The notes under the pieces were generated by a model. That model did not search any database. It was not told the origin of the DNA and saw nothing but the letters and a program-made list of their open reading frames with translations. DNA of 64,000 nucleotides from the human T2T-CHM13v2.0 reference genome, Homo sapiens, in the NCBI RefSeq assembly GCF_009914755.1, contig NC_060936.1; one strand, given 5' to 3'. The position numbers and the translations under genes are program-made. Numbering within the stretch: the first letter of the stretch is position 1; the number at the start of each line of letters is the position of its first letter. This document shows positions 1-18,094 of this stretch, one piece after another.

Positions 1-4152
<4,152 letters not shown>

Positions 4153-4157
<5 letters not shown>

Positions 4158-4341
4158 GAATACAGTATATAATACATATAGCATACAAAATATGTGTTAC
4201 TCAACTATTTACATTATCTTAAGACTTCTGGTTAACATTAGACTTTCAAAAAAAATCTGGCAGGAATCCAAATTTATACGTGGATTTTTGACTGCACAGG
4301 GTTCAGCATCCCTGACCTCCACACTGTTTAACGGTCAACTG
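4153..4341 (+). mobile_element. Tigger2-family (TcMar-Tigger; Tigger2a/MER28-like) DNA transposon 3' portion, apparently the target of the L1PA insertion
   Basis: Ends ...atttatacgtggatttttgactgc...actgtttaacggtcaactg followed by TA, resembling the Tigger2 terminal inverted repeat (…ttgttcaagggtcaactg). Confidence 0.75.
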
Positions 4342-7300
4342 TAGAAGTAGATTATCATAAAGGTCTCCCCTGTGAATAAACAGATTATCCCTATCAGTAA
4401 TGGATCAGTTTTATCTATTACCCATGTGCTGTTGCCATGACATATGCTGCGCTTCTGGTGTTCCATTTTGTAGCCTACCCTGCCTCTCCCTAAAATTCAG
4501 AGGCACATACAGAAAAATGGGACTTGTATGAATTTTAGACTTTCCTTTGGTATAGCAGAGGAAACCTGCATGCTAACTGGTAGAGAAGAAACAAAATCCT
4601 TCTCCCGATAAATTCATTTGACTAACCAAACTCGTAATGGAAAGATTCGAAGGCAAGTGGTCTTGCATCAGAGTCCAGGCTTTTAATCAATACATCATAC
4701 TGTCCCTTATCTGACTCTCACTTGTATCATCTGTAAATTGAGGATTGTTCATCAGAGGAGAAACATCCCCTACAAAGTGTGGACAGAGTAAATTAGCTGC
4801 ACTTAGTGCCTGCAAAAGATCAGAAGTGACATTAGCCTGTTTCAGAAACTTCAAATTGATGTGCTCATTTGTCAACACTCTAATTTAAGAATATAAATAA
4901 CATTAGTATTCATACAGGCTAACATACAAAGAAAAGTGTCCCTTTATATTTCTTTGTGTCTGAAATGTACTCAACAACAACAACAAAATTTCAGACCTTT
5001 GATAGTAGGTTTGCTTTTCTAAGTCATTGGTAAGAGTATTATTTTTCTCTACCCTTTAATCTTTATAGACAAGGAATCGCTACTTCTTTTGCATTTCGTC
5101 ATGATCCTATGTTTTACAGAAATAATAAAAATAAAGATCCTATCTAATGTATTCAACAGACTTTGTTATATGTTAACACTTACAACACTAATTATTATTC
5201 ATGCAAATGAATCAAAACTAAATAAATCAGAGTTGGCACTATCATGATCACTATACCTATAATGTGGCATAAAAGGGAATCATATAAATGACTGAGTGTT
5301 GAGAAATGCTTAGTTTCCATGGCACCATAATTAAATTAAATACTTTGCTTATTAAATAGGATTAGAAACAGTCAGGCAGCTTTGGCTTACACAAACCAAA
5401 TTCTTCAAACCTGAACAGTGTGGAAGCAATGAAAAGATGTATCCATTTACCAAATTAAAAGAGTCAGAACTTAAGATCAACTTTCCAAACTAAGTATTCA
5501 AACAATAAAATCAAATACCAAAGAGGGACTGTTAATGACTAGCAAAGAGAGAGGAAGAGACCAAGAAAAAGCAAAGTTATTATTTCTCCACTTTGTGGGA
5601 ATTGCATTATAGTGAATTTGCACATACTCATAAATAATTTACAGACTATAAAAGGCAAAATGACTCTGATACAGAGATCTCAGTATTAAATTAATATCAC
5701 TCATGCCACATTAGCCTTGCACGATGAAATCAGTTTTCTCAACAAAAAGATGACTCCAAAAGGACTAAGTCTGACACTTCATTAACATTGACAAGGGTTT
5801 GAATCAAAGATTGGCACGTAATGACCCACTTGAAGCTGTCTATCCCTTCAGTTCAGTCTATCCCTAAAGGTTTAGCTAAAGGCAAACTGCCAAAGAAATT
5901 TCCCTCGGGAAGTCAGTACAGCAGGAACTACTGTAAAGGTGAGAAGATAAATAATGCATTATCAGCTTTTTAAAAAATTACTTATTATACATATTCAATA
6001 TTCTTACCCTTTTTCTGAAGTATACTTCTATGTGTAAGAAAGAATGCAAATTTTTGTCACTACCTTATTATTTTTCCTAATTCTATTTTAATATACTTTT
6101 GGCCATTTTCCTTTCCTTCTGGCATTTCCCAACCTGGACATATGTAGCACACATCAAAAATTACTGCAGCACTGAAGCAGGTGTCAGATGACACCTCTTC
6201 TTGCTCACACATGTTATTTCTTTTAACATTTCCATCTTTTATAGAAGAAACTATTTTGTCACCTCCTTAGAAGAGAGACTGAGAAAAAACTGATGTCATT
6301 TGAGGATTATTACATGTATTTCCAAGATGCCATTATGTGTAGCTAACACGAATAATGAAGTGAAGTCCCCCTCGGAGGAGGAAAGGAGAGGGGTCTACTG
6401 AGGGCGTTCTTACAGCAATGGCAAACTGTGACATGAGAAGAGAAGAGGTGATGCCATCATTCAAAATGTAATTATGTAGAAGGGCAAATAACACCATAAA
6501 AAGAAACAGACACAATGTAAGAAGCACTATCTTGTGCACTACGTAAAACCTGTCACTTAGTGAGTATACAAGGAACAGAAATGTTGGAAAATATTCTCAA
6601 ACAACAAGGTAATTATTACGAGCAGGAGAAGAAATACGTAAACCAGGAAACTAGCAGGGAGAAAAAAAAAGGAGAAATTAGAAAAGGTATATATATCAAG
6701 ATATATAGAGAAAGAGAGGGAACATATAAAAAGAGAGAGTATATACACCAAGCTCATTGCAATAAGAAAAGTCCCCTCCTCTGCAAAGGTTGGAACTAGA
6801 AAAGTGTCATTCTTCAAAGAGAAAGAAAACCACCCAGCAGAGATTATGTTTTCCTTTTACATTCTTCAAAAATAAAGTTAACAAATGTGTACTGTTAAAG
6901 ATCAAATGAAAAGGGGAAGTATGTTTCTTTATGGACTCTGCAGCAGATGCTGTTCAGAGAAGCCCATAATTACCTAGCAGGTAGACAGATAGGAAGGTAC
7001 ATTCTTTTAAAATTACATGTTAGGACAAATTATTTGGAGACTTTCAAAAGATGGTAGATGTTTCCTAATACATTAATGCTAGAGGATTCACTGACAGGAA
7101 ACAAGAAGTTTTATGGGCTTTATAAGGCTTTCATGCAGCCATATTATGTAAAGCAAGCAAAATGAAGCAACTCTAAAAATCAGTTTATTCTATGAACAGG
7201 TAAGGATTACCAAGGCTAAAATTTCACTATTAGAACATGAAGTAATTGGGAACTTGAACTACCAAGAAATTCACTAGATTCAGGTGACCATTGCTCATGG

Positions 7301-8538
7301 AAAAGGAATCTTTTTCATTCTTTTCTCAGCTGCCACTCTCCCAGGGTAATAGCAGCCAAGAACAACAGTGCGGGTCAAAGCGTTCAGGAAAACCTTCTAT
7401 TATGTTTCTATATAATAGATATACCGCACATATCCAGAAATATAAGTCTTGATAGCAAGCAGAAACATATTTTAAATGGAAAAATGAAGATAACAGGTTG
7501 TGAATGCAATTAAGTTAAATGACTTAACTGAAATTCTGCATTTCTAAAAGTGATCCAATATCAAAAGAAAATTATAGCAAGAGTCATTATAAAAGAGTAA
7601 GCAATATTCAAGAAGGTGTTTGGGTTCTCCCTAAAGCACTACTGTCAGAAGAAAAAATAAAAATCAGGATTTAGCAACAGCCTTTCAGTCCAAAAGAGCA
7701 GAATAAAGCTTCTAAAAGGACCTCACACAGAAGATTAAATTACCACAGAATTTCATAAAGAATTCATTGAATGCTTAAGCAGGCTTCTGTGGAGGTCAAA
7801 GAGAACCAATCAGAAAATTGGGGTCATTAAGGGATGAGAGACAGGGTAATAGGAGCTGAAATATAATTACAGACTAAGTGGAAGGGGGAAGGAAGAAATA
7901 GCAGAAATAATAAATGTTGTTTTGGTTTTGGATGAATCAGTTTTCCTTTAAAGACATTTATAGACTAATTAAGTTGGTTTTTCCGTTAAATGATATTTTG
8001 TTCTTTATATTCTATTTTAGAAATGATGGCCTTAAGGGAGTGGCTCAGGTGCTGGAAGTATCTGAGCCTTTGATACATATTTCACATATATTTAATTGGA
8101 AATTTGAATCATAGTTTATCTTCCTTCTTAAAATATTCATCAAAATCTAGTATTTAGCTATACAAATTTGTGTATGTATTACATTTCAACTTCATTTCAT
8201 TTTCAAAAAGCATGTCTGTAAAACATAAAAGCAAGAACTGATAATAAGCTTAAAAATCCACATGTATGGATGACCAAGATAACATTTCATATTTTCCTGT
8301 CTTCCCTTTTTACTGTCCCTCCCTCCTGTGTTTACTTTGGAGTCTATAATTCTGAAACTTATATATGTTGTTAAAACATTTGTACTTTAACTTTTAAGGA
8401 AGTCTCCTTAATTCACTGAAATTTGAAATAAAAATAATGAGTTCATCAAAACTTAAAATATGTAAACTGATAATTTTGCTATAAAATTGCAAAAATAAGC
8501 TATTCTAAGCTTTAGTTATTTGGGGCATTTATCTAAGC

Positions 8539-8765
8539 CAGGGGTGTCCAATATTCTGGATTCCCTGGGCTACATTGGAAGAAGAAGAATTATCTTGAGC
8601 CACACAAAATATACACTCACACTAACAATAGCTTATGAGCTAAAAAAAAAAAAGTCACAAAAAAGTGTCATAATGTTTTAACAAAGTTTACAAATTTGTG
8701 TTGGGCTACATTCAAAGCCATCCTGGGCTGCATGCAGCCCGTGGGCCACAGGTTGGACAAGCTTG
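8539..8765 (+). mobile_element. MER30 (hAT-Charlie MITE), full length
   Basis: caggggtgtccaat ... ggttggacaagcttg termini; 8-bp TSD atctaagc (8531-8538) / agctaagc (8766-8773). Confidence 0.9.
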
Positions 8766-9339
8766 AGCTAAGCCTTCAATTTGAACTTCTTGCAAAAATG
8801 TTATGCTGCCATTCTACTTTATACACATTTCTATAAAACACTGGCTACTCTTGAATTGATTCAAATTATAAAGTTAGCAGAGGAGTTACTATAATTAGAA
8901 AGCAATACAGAGAAGACAAGGAGTGTGGTTTTATGAACATAGCTAATACCTCACACCTAGTTATTTTCATATTCAAAAAGCTCTTTCACATACATTATCT
9001 AAAATAACTGTGCAGTATTTCATAATTATCATAACACCATTTAAAAAGGCTTATTTTTTTCCAGCAGTATGACTGACATACAGTATCTCATTTAAGCTCA
9101 CAACAAATAAACAAATAGAGAAACAATGAAATCAAGGTGATCTTAAATGATTCACCCAGGTTCACAAAGCTGAAAAGTGACAGACTGAACTCCAATCCAG
9201 ATCTGACTGCAGTTAATTACCACCTCACTACAGCTTTTGCTTCCAAATACCTGGAATGACATTCTTAGGAGATAAATAAAATTCAATTCAGAAAGTCCTG
9301 AAAAGTTCCCCAGAACTCTGCATTTAGTTTCCTTGCTAC

Positions 9340-10085
9340 ATTCCCTAAATACATAATATATTCCCTAAATATGTTCCCCAACTTCCTACCTTTAGACTGC
9401 ATCCTTGTCTCCTGAAAATCATCTTTTCCTCTCTACCCAGCACCATCATTCTCACAGTTACAACTGAAATTGTTGGCATCATTACTCCTCCTCCAAACTA
9501 TTTAAGTCGATTGCCAAGTCATGTACTGCCACGGTGATGCCCCGCTCACTGCCACTGCCTAGGCCTAAGTCCTCTTGCTATCTCCTAAACCATTGCAAAC
9601 AGGCAGAAAATAAGATTTCAGGTCCCCAGAAGGTCTTGCACGGTCTTGTAAGCCACAGCTCCTTTTGCATGGCGTCTCCCACCACGACCCTTGGACGCTG
9701 CAACCCTGCTGGCCTGAACTTTATGCAGTTCATTGAACACAGAATCAAGCACATGCCTGCCCTAGAGTCTTGAACTTACTGTCCTCCAAATAGTTACATG
9801 GCCGGCTCCTTCACTTAATTCAGGTCTCAGTTCAAATGTCGCCTCCTCAAGAGACCACAGCACCCTGTCCCTATCATGCCCCTACCTTATCCTGATTGTT
9901 TTCCTTCATGGTACTTTCAATTTCACATCATTAGCATTTACTACTCTCCATCCACCCTCAGCGGGTAAGCTCTACGCAGGCCAGATATTTCTATCACTTT
10001 CATTCCCTACCTTGTCCCTTCCCCCTTGACTACTGCCCAGTTCATGGGAACACTGAGGTATTTGTTCAATTAATGGATGAAAGAA
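9340..10085 (+). mobile_element. L2 LINE 3' fragment
   Basis: L2-type motifs (ggtctcagttcaaatgtcgcctcctcaagag; gtaagctctacgcaggc; terminal tatttgttcaattaatggatgaa). Boundaries approximate. Confidence 0.65.
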
Positions 10086-11699
10086 CATCTGGATAAATTC
10101 TAACTGGTTTTTCTTTTACTATTTTTCCCTCTCTGTCTTTATCATCCACAGTATTGTCAATGTGGCTCAAAACGCAGCAAAGCAAAATATGGAATGGGTA
10201 AGCTGCAAAGTATTTTTGGGGAACAGTGAGTAGGTCAGTGAAATGCCATATAAATAATGGCCTAGGACTTGGCTGTGTTGACCTCACATGCCCTATTTTT
10301 AATACTTTGTTTCAGGGAATAATAATCCTCACCTCATAGGACTATTCTAGGGATTTAATGAGGTAAGATATATATATATAATCTGTATATATAAAATGAT
10401 TGCTACAGGGCTGGTACATAGAAAGCATTCTGTAAATATGAACTAGTATTACAATGGCTGGCTTGCAGCCAGTTTTCTATTGCTGGTTTAGAGCTTTAAA
10501 TATCATGGTGAGGAATTTTCACCTAATGTATTTGTAAGGAATGTTTTTGTTAAAATTTCCCCTAATGAATAAATATTTTGAATGACTAAATTTTTGTTTC
10601 ACACCCTTCCTAGGCCACATTTCCCTCTTTCAAAATGTTAGCCATCTAGAGTTGCAAAAACTAGCTCACATTTTGAGGTGGAAAATTCGTTTCTGTATTC
10701 CATACTATAAGCAAAGATACATCCCAAATGTATTTAAACATTAAAATGGTATCAAGTGAAGAATTAAGAGAATATTGGGAGATATTTGGAAATATAGGGA
10801 AAGCTATTTTAAAGCTATTTGAAGAATTAATAAAGGAAGAACGAGACATCATTTTACTTCTATCAATCTAACAACACAATTTTAAAGTATGATATTCAGT
10901 GTTGTGAAGAAATATGCTAACAAATCTAATATAACTGGATATAATTTGGTAGTTTGTGGCAAAAGAATTACAATGATGTATAGTCTCTGGACCAGTTACT
11001 GCTTTTTCAAACATTTACTCTATGGAAATATTAATAATCCTATACTTAAAGGTAAAGCATGAGATATCACCCTTTTGTTTCTCTGTTACCTAAATGGAAA
11101 TGTTAGAATCATCATCAGCTCCCTCCTCTAGAGTCTACATTCAGATAAATGCCAAGTATTTACATTACTAAAGTCATTCCTTTTCTTTTATTTCAACTGC
11201 CATCATCCTAGTTTAAGTTTCATTAGTTTTAACCTAGACCACAGTCCTTATGATATTTCAAACACTTTATATGCCAGGGATTCCTAGAAGCATCACTACT
11301 GTTAGAATTAATATGATTAGAGGTATATTGGAAAAAAGATAAAATGACTGCTATTTATGGAAGATGATTGACTACCTAGAAATAAGAGAAACCCTGAGTA
11401 ACTATTTGAACCAATAATTGAGTTATAAAACAAGTTGACCAAAATCAATAGCTTTCCTTTGTGCAAATAATAACCTATTGAAAAGTATAAAGTAAACAAA
11501 TCTATTCTCTCAGCAATGAAAAATATAAAATACTGTGAAAAGCACTGCAAACCCACATTTTTTTCCATCAAGATTTACTATCGACAACTCTGTGAGGCAG
11601 CTAATTCAACAAAAACTCAAATATCTCTTGCTTCTTTTCCCCCACTTTGTGAACCAACCCAATGAACTAGATCCATTCATTTGTTTTGAACACTAACAT

Positions 11700-14220
11700 T
11701 TCCAATGCATTGTGATTCTCTTTTCACATAACTACACACATCCCACCAACCTCCTCCTCACTGCCAAACTCACTCAGTTCTCTGGAATTCTAATTCTACC
11801 CTTTGCATAGCTTCAACCTTATGGCCTTTTGGCTCTCCCTGAATCCTGTTATTCCAGCAAGAACACCACATGCCCCGTGGACTTCCCAAAGGGTAGCTGC
11901 AAATTCTTTTACCACCATGGATACTTCATATATACCATGAAATACACATCTGTACTTCAGAGTCAGAAGGTACAGTTGTTGTCACTTTTCTACCCCCACA
12001 AAAAGTATCTGCTCTTTGAGGTTCCCGTCATTAAATTCCCTACCTACATACACACACGCACATGCACATACACACATTCATAGACACTCCCCTTCATTCA
12101 CTGCTGACTTTGAAATCTGGTCACAGTCTCTCTCTCTGTCACAATGTCTGCAACATTCTGAAGGATTCTGACATCCATGTGATTGACCTATCCTGCACCC
12201 TGGACTTTTTACTCCTTGGCTCTCCCCTCACCTCCACTTTACCTGTATAGCCACAGTTTTGTCATCACTCAAAACTACTCCACCTCTAAAAGCTCTCAAT
12301 CAGACCTTTTACTTTCCCATTCCAGCTTCTTATTCTTCCAGGTGGCCTCAACTATTCCCACTGCATTTATTCTTCAACCTTGTTAGTGCTTCCTGTTCCA
12401 TATGAACTAACTTTCTCCCTACTGATGAGCCCTCAACTATCCTTACTTTCTTCTCTATCCAATATAAATATCTTTAAGTCTCAAAGTTTAGTTAGTTTTT
12501 GATACTATCATTAACTTCTTTGTCTGGAGATCAAAATCCTAACGATGGATGAATCAATCTACTTTTCTCATGCCTACATCTGGGTTGTAAAAGGTTAGGG
12601 ACAAATTGTATAACCAGATGGATGAATAGCACAACTTCTGGTTATCAACTTTATCTGGGACCTCAAAACTTTCATGGGCTGTTTTCGGTACACTGTTAAC
12701 TTCACCTGTGACTCTGCCTCTTCTCTCCAGTAATTCACCTTAGATCTCACTTCACAGAAAAAACAAAAGCTGTCAGACATGGACTCAACTCCTTTAACTT
12801 CCTTTCTATCAAATACACATTTAGCTGCATCAATATCCATCCATTTCTCCCTCCCTTCTGTTTGTACATAGAAGGTGTCTCCTTTCCTAGCAAAGTTCGA
12901 ATTCTTCAATTATGCTCTGAATCCTATGCTTTCTGCCCTATTTGCACCATCAGTTAATTCCTCTCTTATACATGTTCAACCTTTCTCTCTCTCCTTATCT
13001 CTCATTTTCTCTCTCTTTTTCTCTCTCAAATGCTAGTGAATACGTGCCATCAGCATTTAAATATTGTCTCTTCCTATTTCTTCCCATCTTAAAAAATTAA
13101 AAAAATTCCTGAGCCCTACATGTGCATCCAGTAACTACCCCATGCATCCTCCCATTCACAGCCAAATGTATTGCAAAAAGCATCACCCCTTCTCCCACCC
13201 ACTCCCCACAGCCACTCTAATCTGGCGTCCTTTTCCAGGCCACCAAAAATGCTTTCAAAAAGACAACCATCTCCACATTCTGAATCTCATAAAAAATGTT
13301 AAAAGCATCATTGATGTCCTCTTAGCACCTTATGCTACCATGTATCACTTCCTACCTCCTAAAATACTCTTCCTTTAGCTTCCTTGGTACAATAATACTT
13401 CTGATTTTCTGTGTAATTTTCTGGCAACTCTTTCTCATGTTATTTTACAGGCTCTTCCACTTCTTATAGATTTTAAATGTAGGAGTACCTCAAGGACTGC
13501 TCCTTGCTCCCTTTTCCTCTCAATATATTCTCTCCTTAAGTGACTCTGATCATTCCTATGGCTCCAGTTAGCATCTACACCAATGACACCCATATTTATA
13601 GCTCCAGCTCAGACCTTTCTTCTAAACATCAGACTTATGCAACAAACTTCAATATTTCCTCTTAGATGTCTATGGGCATCTCAAACTCCTTATGGCCAAA
13701 AGTGAACTCAAAATCTAATTGCCCTCCAGTATTCTCTACTTCAATAAATAGTATAATCATCATAGCCATCCATCCACTTTGCACAAGTCTGAAATATGAA
13801 ATTCATCCATGATATGCCTCTCTCCCTTGGTCCTTGAAATCCAATTACTATAGGCAACATATTCTACCTCTCATATATACGAATCCATTTGCTTCTTTCC
13901 AATTCCACAGTCATTTCCTACCTCAAACTGTAGCCTCTCTGAAATGGACTAGTATGAATGCCCCTAACTAATGTTCCCATATCCCGTCCTGCTTTTTCAA
14001 CCCAGTTCCCACAGTGGCTCGCCTACTGAATTATAATACTTAATCATGTCATACTCCCGTTTAAAACCCTTCAAATGCTTCCTAATGCTTTGGGGATAAA
14101 TATCGAAGTCTTTTAACACCACAACAGCCCGCATTATCTGGTCACTGCTTCTCTCCCCATCCTTATCCCAAAATACTCTACTTAGATTCTCACACCATTC
14201 ACTGTGCTCAAGTCACACTA
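11700..14220 (+). mobile_element. Long degenerate L2 LINE fragment
   Basis: Pyrimidine-rich L2 ORF remnants (ggattctgacatccatgtg resembling the GDFNIH motif; tatagctccagctcagacctttct; ttaaaacccttcaaatgcttcc). Boundaries approximate. Confidence 0.6.
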
Positions 14221-14732
14221 GAAAGATACAATATACCATACATCTAACTAGAAAAGATTTTCTTTTTAATGATGATAACACCTTGTGCTAGTGTGGGTGC
14301 TGAAAAAAACAGGCACTTCCAGATGTTGCTGAAGTGTAAATTGGTAAAACCATTGAGAATAATATGGTAATAGGTGCCAAAATTCTGCATATTTTGTACA
14401 ATGTTCAACCTATAAATTCTCCTTTTTAATACTGACCTGAAAAATACTGTGGCAGTATTTTTATAATAGTGAAACCTGGAAACAAATGAACAGTAAATGT
14501 GAAAGACTTTGATGTGTATCCTCAAAGCATTAGGAAGTGTTTGAAGGGTTTTGAACTGGAGTATGATGTAATTAAGTATTATAATTTTGATAGATGATCC
14601 AGTAGCACTGTGGGAACTGGGTTGAAAAAGCAGAAGGGATATGGGGACATTAGTTAGGGACATTAATACTTTATCTGGTAGAACATATTTTGTTTCATCT
14701 GGTGAAAAATTGTCTTTTGATACAGGAGATTA

Positions 14733-14778
14733 CACACACACACACACACACTCCCCCGCCACACACATACACACACAA
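14733..14778. repeat. Interrupted (CA)n microsatellite
   Basis: acacacacacacacacacactcccccgccacacacatacacacaca. Confidence 0.85.
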
Positions 14779-15911
14779 GGTATATGAAAACTCATCACTG
14801 TTTTCAGCGCAATCTAAAGAGACTGTCCCAGCTGAGAATTTTTGGTAGTTTCTCATATGTTTTGTGTGATAACTAGATCATTTGGGGAATTTTTTATCCT
14901 CAAACTATTCAAAATCTGGAAATTGTCTTAAGTCACCCTGAGTGAAAGTTTGCAACATTCTTGACAAAATAAAGAATTTAGAAAGGACAGTCCTTTCTAT
15001 TCTGTTCAGGATGGTTGCGTTTTCTAAATGCTATTCGCTGTGTTGGTTGTGCCACACATAACTCCTAGTTACTCTGCTTTATTAAATCCCCACTTCAAAA
15101 TATAAAAAGAATAAACTTGACACAATGAATAAAAGTACAATTATTATTTTTGCAGAAGATGCGCAAGCACAATAATCTCAACTTACTGTTAATATTTACA
15201 GATGCAATTGAGTACAATAAAAATCCATGAAAGAGGGGTCAAAATATGAAACACCTTACTCAATGAATGTTGCAACATGTATTGGGCATCTACTATGCAT
15301 TAGATACTGTCAAGTGATGAAGATACAGAGATAAATGACAGATGAACCTTGCCCTGTATGAAACAGATTAACTCAATTCATTCAATATAAACTCAGTTCA
15401 GCTTTCAATATAAAGCTGGGTTAGAATTTCTTCAGAAGCCTCATTCCTTACCTGCCACTCACTCAGGACCACTGTTATTTCCACCTCATGACTGAAATTC
15501 AAAGGGTTAACCACTTCTGACCTTTGTGTTTCTGAACTAGTATTCTTTAAAGGTACTATATCATATTTCTATTCTGTTCTATTTGAAACACTGCCCCAAA
15601 AGTAAAACTTCATGCCTCTGACATACCATGTATTGCTTGAACATAGATGGCCTCAGACATGGTGACTGACCACTGGTTTCACCAAGTTCTTGATATTACC
15701 TGAAAATGCATCCTGCCCCAATGCTGAAACAAAGCCAGAGTAAGAATCATGTTGCTGAGGTCAATGAAGGCCACCATACTTCCTATCTTGTTACTCTTGG
15801 GTATGACTACCCCATTTGAAAGTAGCTTCCAAACACATTATTCCTGCTTTCATCTTCATACCTTGCTCACTTTTCTCCCTCCTGAATCATCCTCACAGGG
15901 TATTAAAAAAC

Positions 15912-16368
15912 TGTAGAAAAGGCTACAAGTTTTTCTATCCCTGTTTCTTTGTCCCTTTCAATGTGACTTTACAGGTTCTCCATCACCTGTACTGGCCTTG
16001 TGACTTGAGGAGGCCAATAGAATGTGGTAGAAGTAACAATGTCTGAATTCCTGCCTAGGAGTAAAGAGGCTTTGCAAGTTTTGACTTTTTAGAAATTTGC
16101 AACTATCATATAAAGAAGGCTGAGCTAACATGCTAGTTGAAAGATGACATGGAAAGATGCTCTAGTCATCTCAGCATCGAAAAGTGAGAGTGTCATAAAC
16201 CAACCATCTGAACTGACACACCAGCTAACTAACAGATATACAAGCAAGCCCAGCATGATTGAAGAAAAAAATCCCAGCTGAATTCAGTCTAAATTTCTAA
16301 CCTGCCAAACTATTTCTTAAGCTATTAAATTCTGGGATGTTTTGCTACACAGTAAATGCCAACTGATA
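15912..16368 (+). mobile_element. MaLR solo LTR (MLT1G/H-like)
   Basis: TGT start, ggccttgtgacttg...ggccaatagaatgtggtagaagt, and terminal aagctattaaattctgggatgttttgctacacagtaaatgccaactgata. Confidence 0.7.
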
Positions 16369-16959
16369 AAATGGGCTTCCAATCCTCCATCTCAACCATT
16401 GACCATGTAGATCCTCCATAACCTAACACCTCACTCTCATTGAAACCTGGATTTTCAGTGAAGACAATGCTGCTTACTCTGAAGTCCTCCCATTTAGAGT
16501 GTTTATTTCCCACACCATATGTATGCTTGCTGTAGGAAGGAGTGTCACTTCCAAATTACCACTCTCTCACCCTCAGGAAAGAACTCAACCTCCTTTAATG
16601 TGTATGGCATCCGTCTCTTTCACTACCTTTTAAAATTCATATCATCTACCTATGGCAGAGTTACTGGGGACTTTGGAACCTGAAAACAATCTTTCTCTCT
16701 ACCTTAGGTTGGGATTTGTTTTGGGAAATTTTAGATGGCCTTTGGAAAATTTGTTCAGCACTTAGAATCTAAATTTGCTTGACTCCTTGCCTCCTCATAT
16801 ACAGTGGATTTCATTTCCTTATCACTTAAGCATTCCGTTTCCATAGCTATACCCTTGAACATGTTACTCCACCAAAATTAGTCCACCTCCGAAATATTTC
16901 AACTCTTAGCCCATGAGACTTCTTTCATTAATATATTAAAATAACAAACAAAATAATAT

Positions 16960-17760
16960 AGATTTTTTAAAAACCCTAAATAACCACAGAAAAAATTTTA
17001 TGGTGTCCATCAGAGAATTATCTTTAAAAGATACCAGAATAAGACATATTCCAAGCTATTAAATCAATTTAGAGACATATAATTATCATGATATACAAAA
17101 GCCATCTAGAAACAAGAGAAAATTATCCAAAGAAATTTTTAAAAAGACGAGTGATGGTAGATTTGCTCTCCTGGATAATAACTCATATTAGAAAGCTATG
17201 ATAAAATACTGTAGAATTAGTATCCTAAGACACAAATAAATTAATAGAGAATGAGATAAATCCTAAAACATACTCAAATACATGTAAATATGTAAACATC
17301 TAATGTAACAGAAAGGTGTAATGTTCATAAGTGAACAAATCATTTAACAAATGGTACTAGAATTATTGGTTAATTTGTTTGACCAAAAAAAAGTTAACTA
17401 GATTATTATCTCATGTACACAAAAAATAAATCCCAGGTTGTTTAAATTTAAAATAAAAAAAGAAGGGGACATTCAGAGGCTGGATAGTAAATATTTGATG
17501 AATAAAAAGAGGACAGGGCCTTTTAAAGCATGACAACACTGAAGGCAGAACTATTAGGAAAAGACTAAAAGAATCAATTACGTGAAATTTTACATATTTT
17601 TCATTGAAAAACAAAAGAAACATTATGAAAACATATTTGCAACATATATATTAGATAAGTTTTATCATAAAAAGACCTCTTACAAATGAGTAAGAAAAAT
17701 GCAAATAATTAATTTTTAAAGTGGACAACATACATGAAAAATTATTTCATAAAACAAATA
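16960..17760 (+). mobile_element. Old L1M (L1ME-like) ORF2 fragment
   Basis: A-rich degenerate L1 ORF2 3' motifs (catttaacaaatggtactag; aaaacatatttgcaacatat; aaaagacctcttacaaatgagtaagaaaaa). Confidence 0.6.
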
Positions 17761-17763
17761 CAC

Positions 17764-18089
17764 AGCCTGGTGCGGTGGCTCATGCCTGTAATCCCAGCAC
17801 TTTGGAAGGCCAAGGTGGGCAGATCACCTGAGGTCGGGAGTTCAAGACTGGCCTGACTAACATGGAGAAACCCCATCTCTACTAAAAGTACAAAATGAGC
17901 CGGGTGTGGTGCTGCATGCTGGTAATCCCAGCTTGGGATTACTTGGGAGCCTGAGGCAGAAGAATTGCTTGAACCCGGGAGGCGGAGGTTGCGGTGAGCC
18001 AAGATTGCGCCACTGCACTCCAGCCTGGGCAACAAGAGCGAAACTCCGTCTCAAAAACAAACAAACAAACAAACAAAATAAAAAAACAA
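17764..18089 (+). mobile_element. AluSp with (AAAC)n tail
   Basis: Dimeric Alu with Sp diagnostics: gtcgggagttc, ctgactaacatggagaaacc, gcggtgagcc, caacaagagcgaaactcc. Confidence 0.9.
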
Positions 18090-18094
18090 GAAAT

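Noticed and set aside
6333-6817. Hydrophobic minus-strand ORFs resembling membrane or secreted peptides
   Set aside because: Explained by T-rich composition; they use non-ATG starts and show no exon structure or recognisable homology.
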